A stretch of 64,000 bases of DNA from Leucoraja erinacea (lineage: Eukaryota), in assembly GCF_028641065.1 (NCBI RefSeq), contig NC_073390.1:18414001-18478000 (forward strand), read 5' to 3'. The notes below the pieces were generated by a model, which did no database searches, was not told the origin of the DNA, and worked only from the letters and a program-made list of their open reading frames with translations. Position numbers and translations under genes: made by a program. This document shows positions 10,764 to 22,250 of this stretch, one piece after another (position 1 is the stretch's first letter; each line of letters starts with the position of its first letter).

Positions 10764-12603
10764 AGCCTTCAGGTTTGTTTTTACAACACTCTTACCCCTT
10801 ATACTATTATGCTGAAAAGTGGCCCTTTTTCATTTTTGCCCTGGATTTGCCGGCTTGCCACTTTTACTTTTCACCTTGCTACCTATTGCTTCTACCCTCA
10901 TTTTACACCCCTCTGTCTCTACGCTCACATATTTAAGAAACCCTTTCCCTTTAACTCCATCCTCCACTATCCCATTTGACACTGTTGAGGGGGTGAATGC
11001 GGCCGTGAGTATAGGGATCTCAGTGGGGGGAACATTCCTGCAGGTCGAGCCCTTAGGGATCACCGCGCAGCGGGTGGTCCTGTCCAGTATACTGCCCTGC
11101 ACTACAAATGAAGCCCTCCTTCCCCACCTTCACACCCCAGGGAAGGTACTCACGGACATCACACCGATATCCCTCGGGTTCCGCAGGGAAGAGCTGCGGC
11201 ACGTTCTTTCCCTCCGGCGCCAGCTGATGATGCTGCTGGACCGGGAGGAGGTAGTTGATGGGCGCTTCTGTGTCCAGCAGGATGGATGTGATTTCACCAT
11301 CTACTGGACATCGAGTGCCCAAGGTGCCATGCCTGTAAGGAAGTGGGGCATATTCGGAATTGCCGCAAATCCTCTGCCTCTGGTGCCACTAACCCCCCTC
11401 CTCCCTCCCGCTCCCAACCCCCTGGAGTTGAGTCAGGGTAGCCTGGGGTTGCGCAGAGCACTGGTGGGGGTGGGAAGGGACACAATGTGGCAAAGAAGAT
11501 GGGAGACAGAACCCCCAGAGCCACGAACTTTCCACCCATCCCGTCACCTCACGTTAGGGCGTCCGCAAGCCCCATAATCCAACTGAGGGCGAGGGGGATC
11601 GGGCGGGAGGAGGGGGTGCTGCAGGCGAAGGTTGCTCAGGTGACCCGAGAGTCTGTGAACTCCCCATCGAAAAACAGAAGGAGGAATCTCTCTAGGGAGG
11701 AGCGGAAAGGGGACGAATGGGAATCCTCCAGGGGGGAGGGGGTACTGTGGTGGAGGAAGACTTCCGCCCTCTGATTCGGACCCCTCTTTTCTTCAGGGGA
11801 TTCTGGGCCCAACTGGTGGAGGGATGGATGCCCCCCACTGTCGATGGTCTTGACTCCCCGGGTACATCTGGGGAAGACCCCTCTGCCACTGGCCCCAGGG
11901 TTGGAACTGAGGTGGAGGAGAGACCAGCGGGTGGGGCGGTGGCAACCGCCGAACAGGGTGGGGCAGGAGAATCGAGCACTCAGGGCGTGGATGGGGATGG
12001 TGACTCCATCTGCAGTGAGCGGGTGGAAGGGGACTCCTCCGACAATGACTCAATGGATGTATTCGCTCCCCCAACGCCAGTGGAGGAAATCCGCGAGTAC
12101 ATAACGGCCACCGAAGGAGCGCAACATCGACCCAGACTGGCCTCCCTCTGGTGGCCAAACTTACATGTGCTCACCAGCTCGCTGAACTTTATCCTCAAAA
12201 GAAGGGGGAGGGGAAGGAGGTGCAGGGGGTGAAGGGGAATGACCTTGAGATGGACGCCAAGGCCAAGTACAGTTATGTTCTTGCTGAGATTAGATGGACC
12301 AGTAGAGCATCCCTTGTAGCCAAGGTCCAGAGGGCAAGGAGCACCGCCACTACACCTAGGGTCTGTAGGGGATGGAGCGGCTCTGCTGTCAGCGACCGTA
12401 GGACTGGTGATGGGATCTAGGGAGAGGGTAGGGCCGAAGATGTCCTGGTTGGGTTGCTCCTAGGCCTGGCCAAGCTGGCTATCCGTGAGTCACGGCACCA
12501 GGTGGGAAGAGGGCTTTGCCCGAACCGGATTCGTGCCCCTTTTACGCCATGCCCGGGCCGTGTTAGAGAGGGACATGGTTGTATAGTGGTTATTTAGTAT
12601 ATT

Positions 12604-12930
12604 TAGAAACACAGAAAATAGGTGCAGGAGGAAGCCATTGGGCCCTTTGAGCCAGCACCACCATTCATTGAGATCATGGCTGATCGTCCCCAATCAATAA
12701 CCCGTGCCTGCCTCCTCCCCATATCCCTTGACTCCACTAGCCCCTCGAGCTCTATCTAACTCTCTCTGAAATCCATCCAGTGATTTGGCCTCCACTGCCC
12801 TCTGTGGCATGGAATTCCACAAATTCACAACTCTCTGGGTGATTTTTTCTCACCTCAGTCTTAAATGGCTTCCCCTTTATTCTAAGATGTGGCCCCTGGT
12901 TCTGGACTTGCCCCACATTGGGAACATTTT
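12604..12930 (-). mobile_element. CR1 LINE 3' fragment
   Basis: tagaaacacagaaaataggtgcaggagg tail followed by the reverse complement of the CR1 3' end. Confidence 0.85.
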
Positions 12931-12931
12931 T

Positions 12932-13060
12932 CTGAAGGGTTTCGGCCCGAAACGTTGCCTATTTCCTTTGCTCCATAGATGCTGCTGCACCCGCTGAGTT
13001 TCTCCAGCATTTTTGGGTACCTTCGATTTTCCAGCATCTGCAGTTCCTTCTTAAATACAA
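12932..13060 (+). mobile_element. Penelope-derived short element with a damaged hammerhead core
   Basis: ctgaagggtttcggcccgaaacgttgcc...gatgctgc...ctgagtttctccagc...ccagcatctgcagttcc; 3 nt missing from CTGAAGAAG. Confidence 0.8.
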
Positions 13061-13171
13061 ACATGTACGTTTAATCATCTTTTGGAATTCGGAAGAGGTG
13101 CAGCGGTCCATTTAAACATCTTTGTGCATCACTGTGACGCTGCAGAAATTTGTTTTAAAAGTTTCTGCATG

Positions 13172-14237
13172 TGGCTCCCACTACAGTGGCGCACCAAAAG
13201 GGGAGAACAACTTTCTAGACTTTAACGCCCACGTCCGGAACAACAATCCCCCCCCCTTACTGCCTCGTTATCGTTGATCAGGCCAGTCTGGCTTTCGTGC
13301 GGTGTGGGAGTTTTTCTGCACTGTCTCGACCTCTTTCTGTGGCCTTGGAACCTGGAGCTGACGGAGCCTCCTTTCACTCGGAAAGACCGGGAGAGATAGG
13401 AGGCTTCCAACAACTACTGCAGGAAAATCCCTTTTGTTGCCTGAAAGGGCCGGCTGGGATTGTCTGCAGCTCGCCGAGGAATGCAGGAGACCTGAGATAG
13501 CCGGGCGAAGAGGTGGTGACGCAAGAGGTTTTGGCGTTTTTTTATTTGGGAGCCGCCATTATCATTGTTTTAGGCAATACCACTCGCCTACCTCCCTCGA
13601 ACTGTTCCATATTTGCTTTTGTGTGTGGATTTGGCCTTGTGCCATTTAGACTGTCGATGTCTGTATGGTATTGTGTTCAACAGTGTTGTTTAATTGTGGT
13701 GCCTGTTATCATGCAGGGTCAGTGTTCTGGGGGATCAGGGCCTTCCGGGAGCTATGCAATGGCGGCTGCTTCCGATGTTTCAGCTGCTCCTCCTGGGGCC
13801 CGGTTCCCCATGAGAAAAGTGCCTTGTGAGCATGGGGTAAGGCACTACTTTCCCCGCCAGATGAACCTGGAAGACTGCACGGTTGCCGTGGCCATGGCGG
13901 CCAAGCCCGCAGGCGTCCTGTACGTGGGCAGGATGTTTGGGAAGGCCGTGTTCTTACTGGGGTGAGTAAAGGGATCTCAGTGGGGGGAACATTCCTGCAG
14001 ATCGAGTCCTTGGTGAATCCACGCAGCGGTCGGTCCTGTCCAACATCCCGCCCTGCATCACAAATGAGCCCCGCCTTCACACTCTGGGAAGGTACTCACG
14101 GACATGTTCTTTCCCTCCGGCGCCAGCTGTCAATGCTGCTGGACCAGGAGGAGGAAGTTGACGGGCGATTCTGTGTCCATCAAGATGGGCGAGGCTTCAC
14201 CTTCATTTGGACATCAGAGCGCCCAAGGTGCCATCTC
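13172..14237 (+). mobile_element. Second, 3'-truncated copy of the Tx1/L1-like element (5' UTR + partial ORF1)
   Basis: Colinear with 7047-7869 plus 11005-11330; AKPAGVLYVGRMFGKAVF, GISVGGTFLQIE, HVLSLRRQLSMLLDQEEEVDGRF; no CR1 insertion. Confidence 0.8.
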
Positions 14238-14537
14238 TAGTGGCAAGATGCTGTAAGGTTGCAAACTCGTTTGCTCCCTTAACTTTTAACTTCCATTTAC
14301 CACTCTTTCAATGTTACTTGTGACTATTTGACTTCAAGACACGGTCTAACGTCTCATAAAGTGTTGACAACACTTTTACATGCCTTAAACCTTTTACATG
14401 CTGGTCGGCGCGGACTCAGTGGGGCAAAAGACCTGTTTCAGCACTGTATCTCAGAAACTAAAACTAAAATATGTCATGATATTTTAAGACTGCAATGGTT
14501 CCAAATGAAGCAGTCAAAACAGCTGTTGATATAATAA

Positions 14538-14734
14538 GTGTTTAAGAAGGAACTGCAGATGCTGGAGAATCGAAGGTTACACAAAAAAGCTGGAGAAACT
14601 CAGCGGGTGTGGCAGCATCTATGGAGCGAAAGAAATAGGCAACGTTTCGGGCCGAAACCCTTCTTCAGACTGAAGAAGGGGTTCGGCCCGAAACGTTGCC
14701 TATTTCCTTCGCTCCATAGATGCTGCCACACCCC
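14538..14734. mobile_element. Penelope-derived palindromic element with two head-to-head hammerhead cores and a 15-bp TSD
   Basis: 64-bp inverted arms at 14605-14668 and 14670-14733; TSD ctgttgatataataa at 14523-14537 and 14735-14749. Confidence 0.9.
14670..14700 (+). ncRNA. Minimal type I hammerhead ribozyme motif (mirror copy on the minus strand at 14638-14668)
   Basis: CTGAAGA-A-GGGG(TTCG)GCCC-GAAAC-GTT; the minus copy is CTGAAGA-A-GGGT(TTCG)GCCC-GAAAC-GTT. Both match the CUGANGA...GAAA...NUH core. Confidence 0.6.
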
Positions 14735-15557
14735 CTGTTGATATAATAACATTGGCTTGAGTTTAGCTCTTTAGAAGATGATAGTGGATTTTTAAGTTCA
14801 CCTGAAGATTTTTTTGCCTATGGGTGAAATTCCAAATTAAAACTTTCATCCAAAGGTTGCCTAATACTCTAATTAGCAAGCTGCTCCATTGGGTTCCTCT
14901 CTAACAAAACTGTCTTTCTTGCTAGCTTCTTATTAGTGAGTTGTTTTCCGATAAGAAAAGCTGTTCTTTTTGAGAATTGTGATGCCAAGGAAACTCACTT
15001 TGCTCTCTGGCATGTGTTATAAATAGTCCCACAGCTCCAAAGCAATTGAGAAAGTCGCTACTAGCCAGGCACTGCATTTTTAAATTGCCTTTGGAGCTTT
15101 GGGATTGGCATCCGGGAATGGGAAAGATGCCAACTTATATTTCTACAGTGAGAAATGTTCACTGTAGTGCAGACCATTCCTGGCACAAACTGAAAACATG
15201 GCAGGTCTCCAGTCGGGTCCCAGGGATTGATGCACTTAGAAGGTTTCCCAGGTTGAGATCAAGGTAAGACTGGAACAGATGAGATACCAGGAACATATGA
15301 AGAAAGAAGAGGCATTTGATTTCAACAGACGGATCTAATCTCACATTTCAGAGTTGTTCAGGTCAACGATATGAAATACATGACTGATGCTGAAGAGTGG
15401 ATTTCAGGTAAAAAGACCACTCACTGCCAGGGGTATGAGGGATGCATGCCAATTTAAACAAGTTTTGGAGGCTTGAGAGTGATTCCTAGATGGATGGCAG
15501 TATTACTTGTAAATTATTCTGATATTGAAGCAAACGTGGTTTAAGATCCAAGTGTTA

Positions 15558-16085
15558 AGGTGCTGTCCCACTTGGGTGACCTAATTGGCGAGTTTAGAAG
15601 AGTTTTAAATAATGGCATGTTAAAGAGCTCCTTCAACTATGTAGAAGACCTCGTTCGACCTCCTTCGACTATGTTGAAGACCAGCTTCGACTAGCTACAA
15701 CTAACCGGAAAAATTGGACACCGAATAGTGGAGAGTGAAGACGGCCTCCTTCGACTATGATGAAGACTATCTACGACTACCTTCGACTACCTTTGACTAC
15801 CCTTGATTACCTACGACTAACATGTCGACCTACTACGACTAAACCTACGAGTAAAAAAGGTATTGATTTCTTCCATGGCGACCTCTTTTTTCTCGCGGGC
15901 ATTTTTTAACATATTGACAAAAACGCTGGACCTAGCTGAGGCCTCGAGTACATGGAGACCACTCTCGAGCATGAAAGAGTGTTACAAAGACCACCTACGA
16001 CCTTGTGTCGACCATGCTGTGATTATGAGTCGAGGGTAAACTCGCCAGAACTCGCAGATTAGATCACCCAAGTGGGACAGTCCCT
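15558..16085. mobile_element. MITE (probable PIF/Harbinger-type non-autonomous DNA transposon)
   Basis: TIRs aggtgctgtcccacttgggtgacctaa / ttagatcacccaagtgggacagtccct; internal (cttcgactac)-like microrepeats. Confidence 0.8.
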
Positions 16086-16924
16086 TTTGGCAGGAAAAGG
16101 CCAAACAATTAAAAATATATATGTATTTTAGTCATCTTGCTGTGTGCCTACAGGCATTCCTGGGAGGTATGAAAAATTATTAACATTCAACTGTTGGGTG
16201 GTGAAATTTGCTATGTATATAATATCAAAATAGAAAGTCCCTACAAGGATTTTTCTGGCTCAGGTTAACACTAGAAATTTATGAGTCTCACCATCAAAAT
16301 AAGCAAAAAAAGGCATTAATTTCTGGAGGGCTATAGTATTTCCCCACTAACTGAAAATAACTCCAGTTTGGATTTCAGGAGTCATATGTAAAAGGATACC
16401 AGTCTGACCTGGAATTAGCCTGAGTATACATCACACAAGCATGCAGTAACGATGTCTTTCTTATGAACATATGAAGATCAGAATAGGGGGCAAGAGTAGG
16501 CCACTTTGTCCCTCAAAATTGTTAGGCTATCCAAGAAGGTCTTGGCTGTTTCCAATCTTATCCTAGCACAAAACTGTACAGGTTGCCAAGGAGACAAATT
16601 CCACATTTACAGGACCTAGCGATAATATTCTTCCACGGTCCTTGTTTAATTGGATGTTCTGTATCTTCAACACAATGGATAGTGCTTTATCCCAAAAAAT
16701 GTGCTACAATTAATTGAAGTCATTAGCTCTTCAATGTGCATGCTAACCCAAACGAGTTATGGAACACCTGCACTGGTGATACCAGACACATGTTCGCCCT
16801 GTGACCACGCGGGTTTTCTTCGGATGCTCGGCTTTTCTAATTCTGTAACACTTTTTGTTCCTTCTCCTTAGCTTCCACTCTCTAGTTTTGCACTGTCCAC
16901 CAGGTCATGTATGCCTGTATTTAA

Positions 16925-17238
16925 AAAAAAATACAGCATGGAAACAGGCCCTTCAGCCCACCAAGTCTGTGCTGACCACTGATCACCCATTCACATTACT
17001 TCGACATTATCCCACTCTCTCATTCACTCTCTACACACTACAGACTATTTACAGAGGTCAACTAACCTACAACCTGATGTCTTTGGGATGTGGGAGGAAA
17101 CAGGAGCTCCCAGAAGAATCCCACTAAGACACGGGGAGAACATGCAAACTCTGCACAGACAGAACCCGAAGTCAGGATTGAACTCGGGTCACTGGAGTAG
17201 TGAGGCAACAGCTCTACCAGCTGCACCACTGTGCTGCC
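16925..17238 (-). mobile_element. V-SINE
   Basis: tgtgggaggaaacaggagctcccaga V-domain, ggattgaac B box, gctctaccagctgcaccactgtgctgcc head. Confidence 0.8.
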
Positions 17239-18578
17239 ATATGGTCTTGCTGAGAACATCCTCACACCACCAATGATCTGGGAGAAGAGCAACAAGCGTA
17301 TGGGGAACACTGTCACATCCAAGACGCCCCTAATTCACTTGTATGTTGCCATTTCTCCATTGCAGAATCAATATCATGGAACCTGTCCCCGCCACCTCCT
17401 CTCACATCATACTACTGGGCTGTAGTGGTTCAGGGAGATCCTGCCCACCTACAAACTCAAAGGTAGTTAGATAATGGGGAATAAAGTCTAATTTTGCCAG
17501 CAATGCCGTAATCCAGAAAATTAATTACTTTCTGTTTGAAAGCAGCCTCTTTCCTCTCTTTGCTTGGATCAGATGGGGAATTTAAGCTGTGGGTAGAGGG
17601 GTGGTATCTGATTATTGGCATAAGGTTGCATGCATTGGCACCCCTAATGCTCTGTGCTACCACACTCTTGGCACAAGCATGTTTAATATATGTTAATCAG
17701 GTTGGAGTTCATGCACAAAGTAGCAGTACACTTGCTTTTGAGTTTGCCTATGGCTCTCCCCCTTGGTGTTGTTCTTTGCTGCATCAACACCTAAGTTATT
17801 ATGACATTTGCATGAATCTGTTGCAGGAAATATTTCTTGCAGCATTTTTTTTTCTTTTACTGAGCGAAAGAAAGCCTTGGCTTGGTTTTGCATTTAATAC
17901 ATGGCTGTCAGTCCAGTAATGATGCTTCGAAAGTGTCTCAACTGAACATTCCTCTCACCGTGGGATGCAGCAAAGGAGGAGACAAATTACTAATTTAACC
18001 ACCCTGATCAATTTGTGCTTAGCACATCTAGCTAGGGCAATACGATGCAGTGGCATCACATGACAATAGTTTAACAAGGCCACCTCTCACTGCACGTATC
18101 GCAAAAAAAATGGAGCTGGCTTTTGTCCTCAACAAATAAGCCTCTTACAGTGTTTTAATTTTCAAAGCAATCGGCTGCTGTTAATTTCACCAGAGATACA
18201 ACATTCCATTACTGTGAGACATTAACAGTTGAATAAGCCGAGCCAGGGGACACATCAACCTTACAACTGCTCCGCTGAAGTTTACACAGTTGGCTTCTCT
18301 GAGATGGTGTTATTTTCCTCCCTTCCTTCACATAATACTTTGCTTGATCTTCCTGCAATTTATGTTGTGGATTCTTGACAGGTTCATATCGTGATGCTCT
18401 AGGATGTACCACGGGTGTCACGTTGATATTTCCGTCTCTACATTTGCTCTGTTTAATTAACAATGACAGGAATAATAACTACCACTTGCATAGCCGCTCT
18501 GACATTATAAAATATTCTGAAGCTCTTTACAGGAGAGTAACTGAGAAGTGTTAAACAAGTTAAATGCCCTCAGTGTTA

Positions 18579-18752
18579 NNNNNNNNNNNNNNNNNNNNNN
18601 NNNNNNNNNNNNNNNNNNNNNNNNNNNNNNNNNNNNNNNNNNNNNNNNNNNNNNNNNNNNNNNNNNNNNNNNNNNNNNNNNNNNNNNNNNNNNNNNNNNN
18701 NNNNNNNNNNNNNNNNNNNNNNNNNNNNNNNNNNNNNNNNNNNNNNNNNNNN
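18579..18752. other. Assembly gap (174 N), followed by a C/T-rich low-complexity tract to ~18870
   Basis: Run of N characters. Confidence 1.
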
Positions 18753-19109
18753 CCTCTCCCCTCTCCACCTCTCTCCCCCTCCCCATCTCTCTCTCTTTCT
18801 TTTCCATCTCCCTCATTTCCTTTCTCCCTCTTCCCCCTCCCCCCCTCCCCTCCCCCCCCCCCCCCACTCTGTGTTTATGTGAATTACATTTTCCCTCCTA
18901 CAAATTCTCATGCTTGAAAGCTCCCCTTGCTTGCTTGCTTTAACTTTATACAAATGTCCTATTCATGGCAGTGACAAATTATGATGAAATGCAAAGACTG
19001 CTCCCTGATCACTGGTTGTAAAAATTAAATAAAAAGTGAAAGAGTATACATATATATTATATATCGAATTTGCCTTGGCAAGGCCACAAGCATAATCAAG
19101 GATGAGTTA

Positions 19110-19472
19110 CACCCCTGTCACTCCCTCTTTCACCCCTCGCCCATCAGGCAAGAGGTACAGAAATGTAAACATGCAAACCTCCAGATTCAGGGACAGTTTT
19201 ATTCCAGATGATATCAGGCAACTGAGCCATCCTATCACCAACTAGAAAGTAGTCCTGATACAATTCGTCTCACTGGAGACCCTTGGACTATCTTTAATCA
19301 GACTTTACTGGACTTTATTGTGCACTAAACATTATTAACTTAATCCTGTATCTGTATACAGTGGATGGCTTGATTGAAATCATGGATAGTCTTTCTGCCG
19401 ACTGGATGGCACGCAACAAAAAGCCTTTCACTGTACCTTGGTACACATGACACTAAACTAAACTAAACTAAA
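19110..19472 (+). mobile_element. Rex1/Babar LINE 3' end
   Basis: HPCHSLF.P.PSGKRYR...TSRFRDSF peptide and a (CTAAA)n tail; the same 3' UTR recurs at ~21040-21243. Confidence 0.75.
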
Positions 19473-19734
19473 GGTGTGCGACAGATAAAACGCAACTTCT
19501 ATTGGAGACCCAAGTAACTGAAGATGCTGGAATTTTTAGTAAAAGTGCTGGAGAAACTCAGCAGATCAGGCATTGTCTGTGGAAGGAATGAATGGGTGTT
19601 GTTTTGTGAAGGAATCCTTCTTGTGTCTGATCATGATAGGGCAAAGAACGCTTCAAAAATAGTGGGGGAAGGGGGGGCGGGACTAAACTTAGCAACTGAT
19701 GTGGATTTATGTGAGGGGGTTTAATTGGCAGATG

Positions 19735-20480
19735 CAGGGGCGGAAAACCCGGGGGGGGGGGGGGGGGGGGGCAGAGGGGACATGTCTCATCCATGTTTTG
19801 AGAGGTAGGGGACATCCCCCCCAAGTTTTTGTGATCCGGATTTTTAAATCCGGTGAAATCTCCGCTTTCCGCGAGACAGTGGGGGTGGGACTGATGATCG
19901 AGGGCGCCGATTGGATGAGAGAGGCGTCGGTCAGCAGGCAATGGGGGCGGGACATGATTCAGCGCGATGCTTGGAGTAGGGAGGAGGGAGGAGGGGGGGG
20001 GGGGGGGAGGTGGGACTGAGGATAGAGCATGGTGATTGGAGCCAGGCTCCAATCCCGCAGCCAGGATGATGCCAGCCGGCTCTCCGGCGCTGTCCCGTCC
20101 CCTCCAGAGTACGCGCCCCCCACCCCCCGCGGGTGGCCAGAGAGGTCGGCAGCAAAGATCCTCCGCTATAGGATCTTTGGTCGGCAGTCAGACGGGTCAG
20201 CGCAGAGAAACAGCGCTAAACCCAGCTAACTCTGCCTATCCCGCCAGGTGAGCCTACAACCCTTCCTTGCGGGAAATATGGCCAGCGCGGAGAAGCAGCG
20301 CTGGTGTCCAGACAGGGCTGTAGTTAACCCGGTGAGACAGGCAGAGTTGAGCTGCATTTAGCGCTGGATTGAGCCTCCGAAGCCTCGTGCGCATGTATGT
20401 GAGTGTGCGCATGTGCGCGTGGCTGCCAAAAAATTGTGTCCCCCGTCCCCTCCATGTTTTGATAGCGAATTCCGGTCTCG
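19735..20480. mobile_element. Non-autonomous hAT-type DNA transposon, CpG-rich, 8-bp TSD
   Basis: Perfect direct repeat ggcagatg at 19727-19734 and 20481-20488; degenerate TIRs caggggcggaa / ttccggtctcg; subterminal tccatgttttga repeated near both ends. Confidence 0.75.
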
Positions 20481-21245
20481 GGCAGATGGGCCCATTTTTG
20501 TTTTATTGAACAATTGGTTCATCTGACTTAATAAAACCAATGCAAATTGCAATCTAGCAAATACCAAAACTTTATTCATTATATGTGTAACAGGCATAGT
20601 ATTCATTTTCCAACCTTTCACACTTTTCCAATTTAATGTAATAGTGATTTCACTGCGCTATGTTTAATTGTAAATTATATTATATCATGAATAAAATTCA
20701 GTTAATTTTCATTTGTGGAACATATTAATTATAGCAATGGTAATATCAATCTTATATTGAGTCTTGTTTTCTTCCTTTCATGTACAAACTGCATATCTAT
20801 TGAGATCCATGCATGCATCCTCCCCACATTCACTCTATCAAGGCCTTTCACTATTCGGTAGATTTAAATGAGGACCCTCTCATCCTTCTAAACTCCAAAC
20901 ACTCATCAGATGTTTACCCAATCATTCCTGTGATCATTCTCTTAAACCTCCTCTGGACCCTCTCCAATGCCAACACATCCTTCCTCAGGTATGGGGCCCA
21001 CAACTGCTCACATTGTCACTAGTGTGTATAAACAAAACTAATCTACCTCATTGGAGACCTTTGAGCTATCTTTAATCGGACTTTATCTTCCACTAAACTT
21101 TGTACCCTTAATCCTCTCTCTGTGCACTATGGATAGCTTGATTGTAATCATGCATAGTCTTTTCTTTGACTAGATAGCATGCATAGAAAAGTTTTTCACT
21201 GTACCTCGGTACACGTGACAATAATAAACTAAACAAAACTAAACT

Positions 21246-21600
21246 TGGTGAGACCAAGCATAGGCTTGGCGATCATTTCGCCGAACACTTGCGCTCGGTC
21301 CGCATTAACCAACCTGATCTCCCTGTGGCTCAGCACTCCAACTCCCCCTTCCATTCCGAATCCGACCTTTCTGTCCTGGGCCTCCTCCATTGCCAGAGTG
21401 AGCACCACCAGAAATTGGAGGAACTGCACCTCATATTCCGCTTGGGCAGTCTGCATCCCGGTGGCCTGAACATTGACTTTTCCAATTTCTGGTAGCCCTT
21501 GCCATCTCCTCCCCTTCTCAGCACTCCCTCAGCCCTCTCGCTCCTCCTTTTCCTTTCTCCTACCCTACATCAGTCTGAAGAAGGGTTTTGGCCCTAAAAG
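21246..21600 (+). mobile_element. Penelope-like element 3' fragment (GIY-YIG end + 3' UTR with degenerate hammerhead at 21575)
   Basis: GETKHRLGDHFAEHLRSVR...KLEELHLIFRLGSLHPGGLNIDFSNF*. Confidence 0.85.
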
Positions 21601-21629
21601 GGACCAGTCTCTCAGAATACCTGTTTAAG

Positions 21630-22250
21630 TAAATCTTCCCAACCATCCCTCCCTTCCTCAGGTACTTTCCCTGCAACCATAGGAAATGTAACACTTGTAC
21701 CTACAGCTCCTCCTTCAGCTCCATCCAGGGACTTAAACTACCCTTTCAGTTGAGATAGACATACATCTTCACCTCATCCAACCTCATCTATTCTATTTGG
21801 TGCTCTTGACGTGACCTCCACTACATCAGTGAAACCAAACACAGACTAGGCTATGGTTTTGCTGAGTCCCTGCACTCTGCTGTGGCCACCTGGATCTGCC
21901 AGTTCCAAGCTATTTTAATTCTCACCTTACCATTCCCATATCAACTTATCCATCTTGCACCTCCTCTACCGTCAGTGGAAAGCCAAACACAAATGAGAGA
22001 AACAGCACATCATATTCTGCCTGGATAGTCTCCAACCCAATGCATGAACATTAAATTCTCCAATTTCAGGTAGCCCACAACCCCTCGCCCCCGTTCTCTC
22101 TCCTCCTATCTACCTGGTTCCCTCTCACACCCTTCTGCCCCGCTTACTTCATGGACCTTTATCATCTTGTTTCTTCCTCCCTCCCTCACTAGATTCCCTC
22201 CTACTTCTACTTCTACCCCCCCGCCCGCCTCTATTTTTTCATACGCCACT
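21630..22250 (+). mobile_element. Older Penelope-like 3' fragment; its 3' UTR appears to resume at ~24373-24560 after the hAT insertion
   Basis: ggtactttccctgcaac..., TSSNLIYSIWCS, YISETKHRLGY.FAE, aacattaaattctccaatttcaggtag; downstream piece gacctgaaacgtcgac...gatgctgcctgacc. Confidence 0.7.

Larger units (their letters stand above)
7869..10978 (-). mobile_element. CR1 LINE, 3.1 kb, 5'-truncated, near-complete ORF2 with frameshifts
   Basis: (TTTCTATG)n tail at 7869-7890; APE and RT ORFs on the minus strand; possible short TSD ctgtt (7865-7869 / 10982-10986). Confidence 0.95.
7047..12590 (+). mobile_element. Tx1/L1-clade non-LTR element, internally deleted (5' UTR, ORF1 with CCHC knuckle, ORF2 C-terminal remnant), split by a CR1 insertion
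   Basis: ORF1-like peptide ...AKPAGVLYLGRMFGMTVFFLDSV (to ~7869) resumes at ~10981 TVEGVNAAVSIGISVGGTFLQVEPL...VVLSSI...RRQLMMLL, then RCHACKEVGHIRNC; DVLVGLLLGLAKLAIRESR at ~12440-12495 resembles a Tx1 ORF2 C-terminus; no RT motifs of its own. Confidence 0.7.

Noticed and set aside
18505-18943. ORFs spanning the N gap
   Set aside because: Artefacts of ambiguous bases and the flanking low-complexity sequence.
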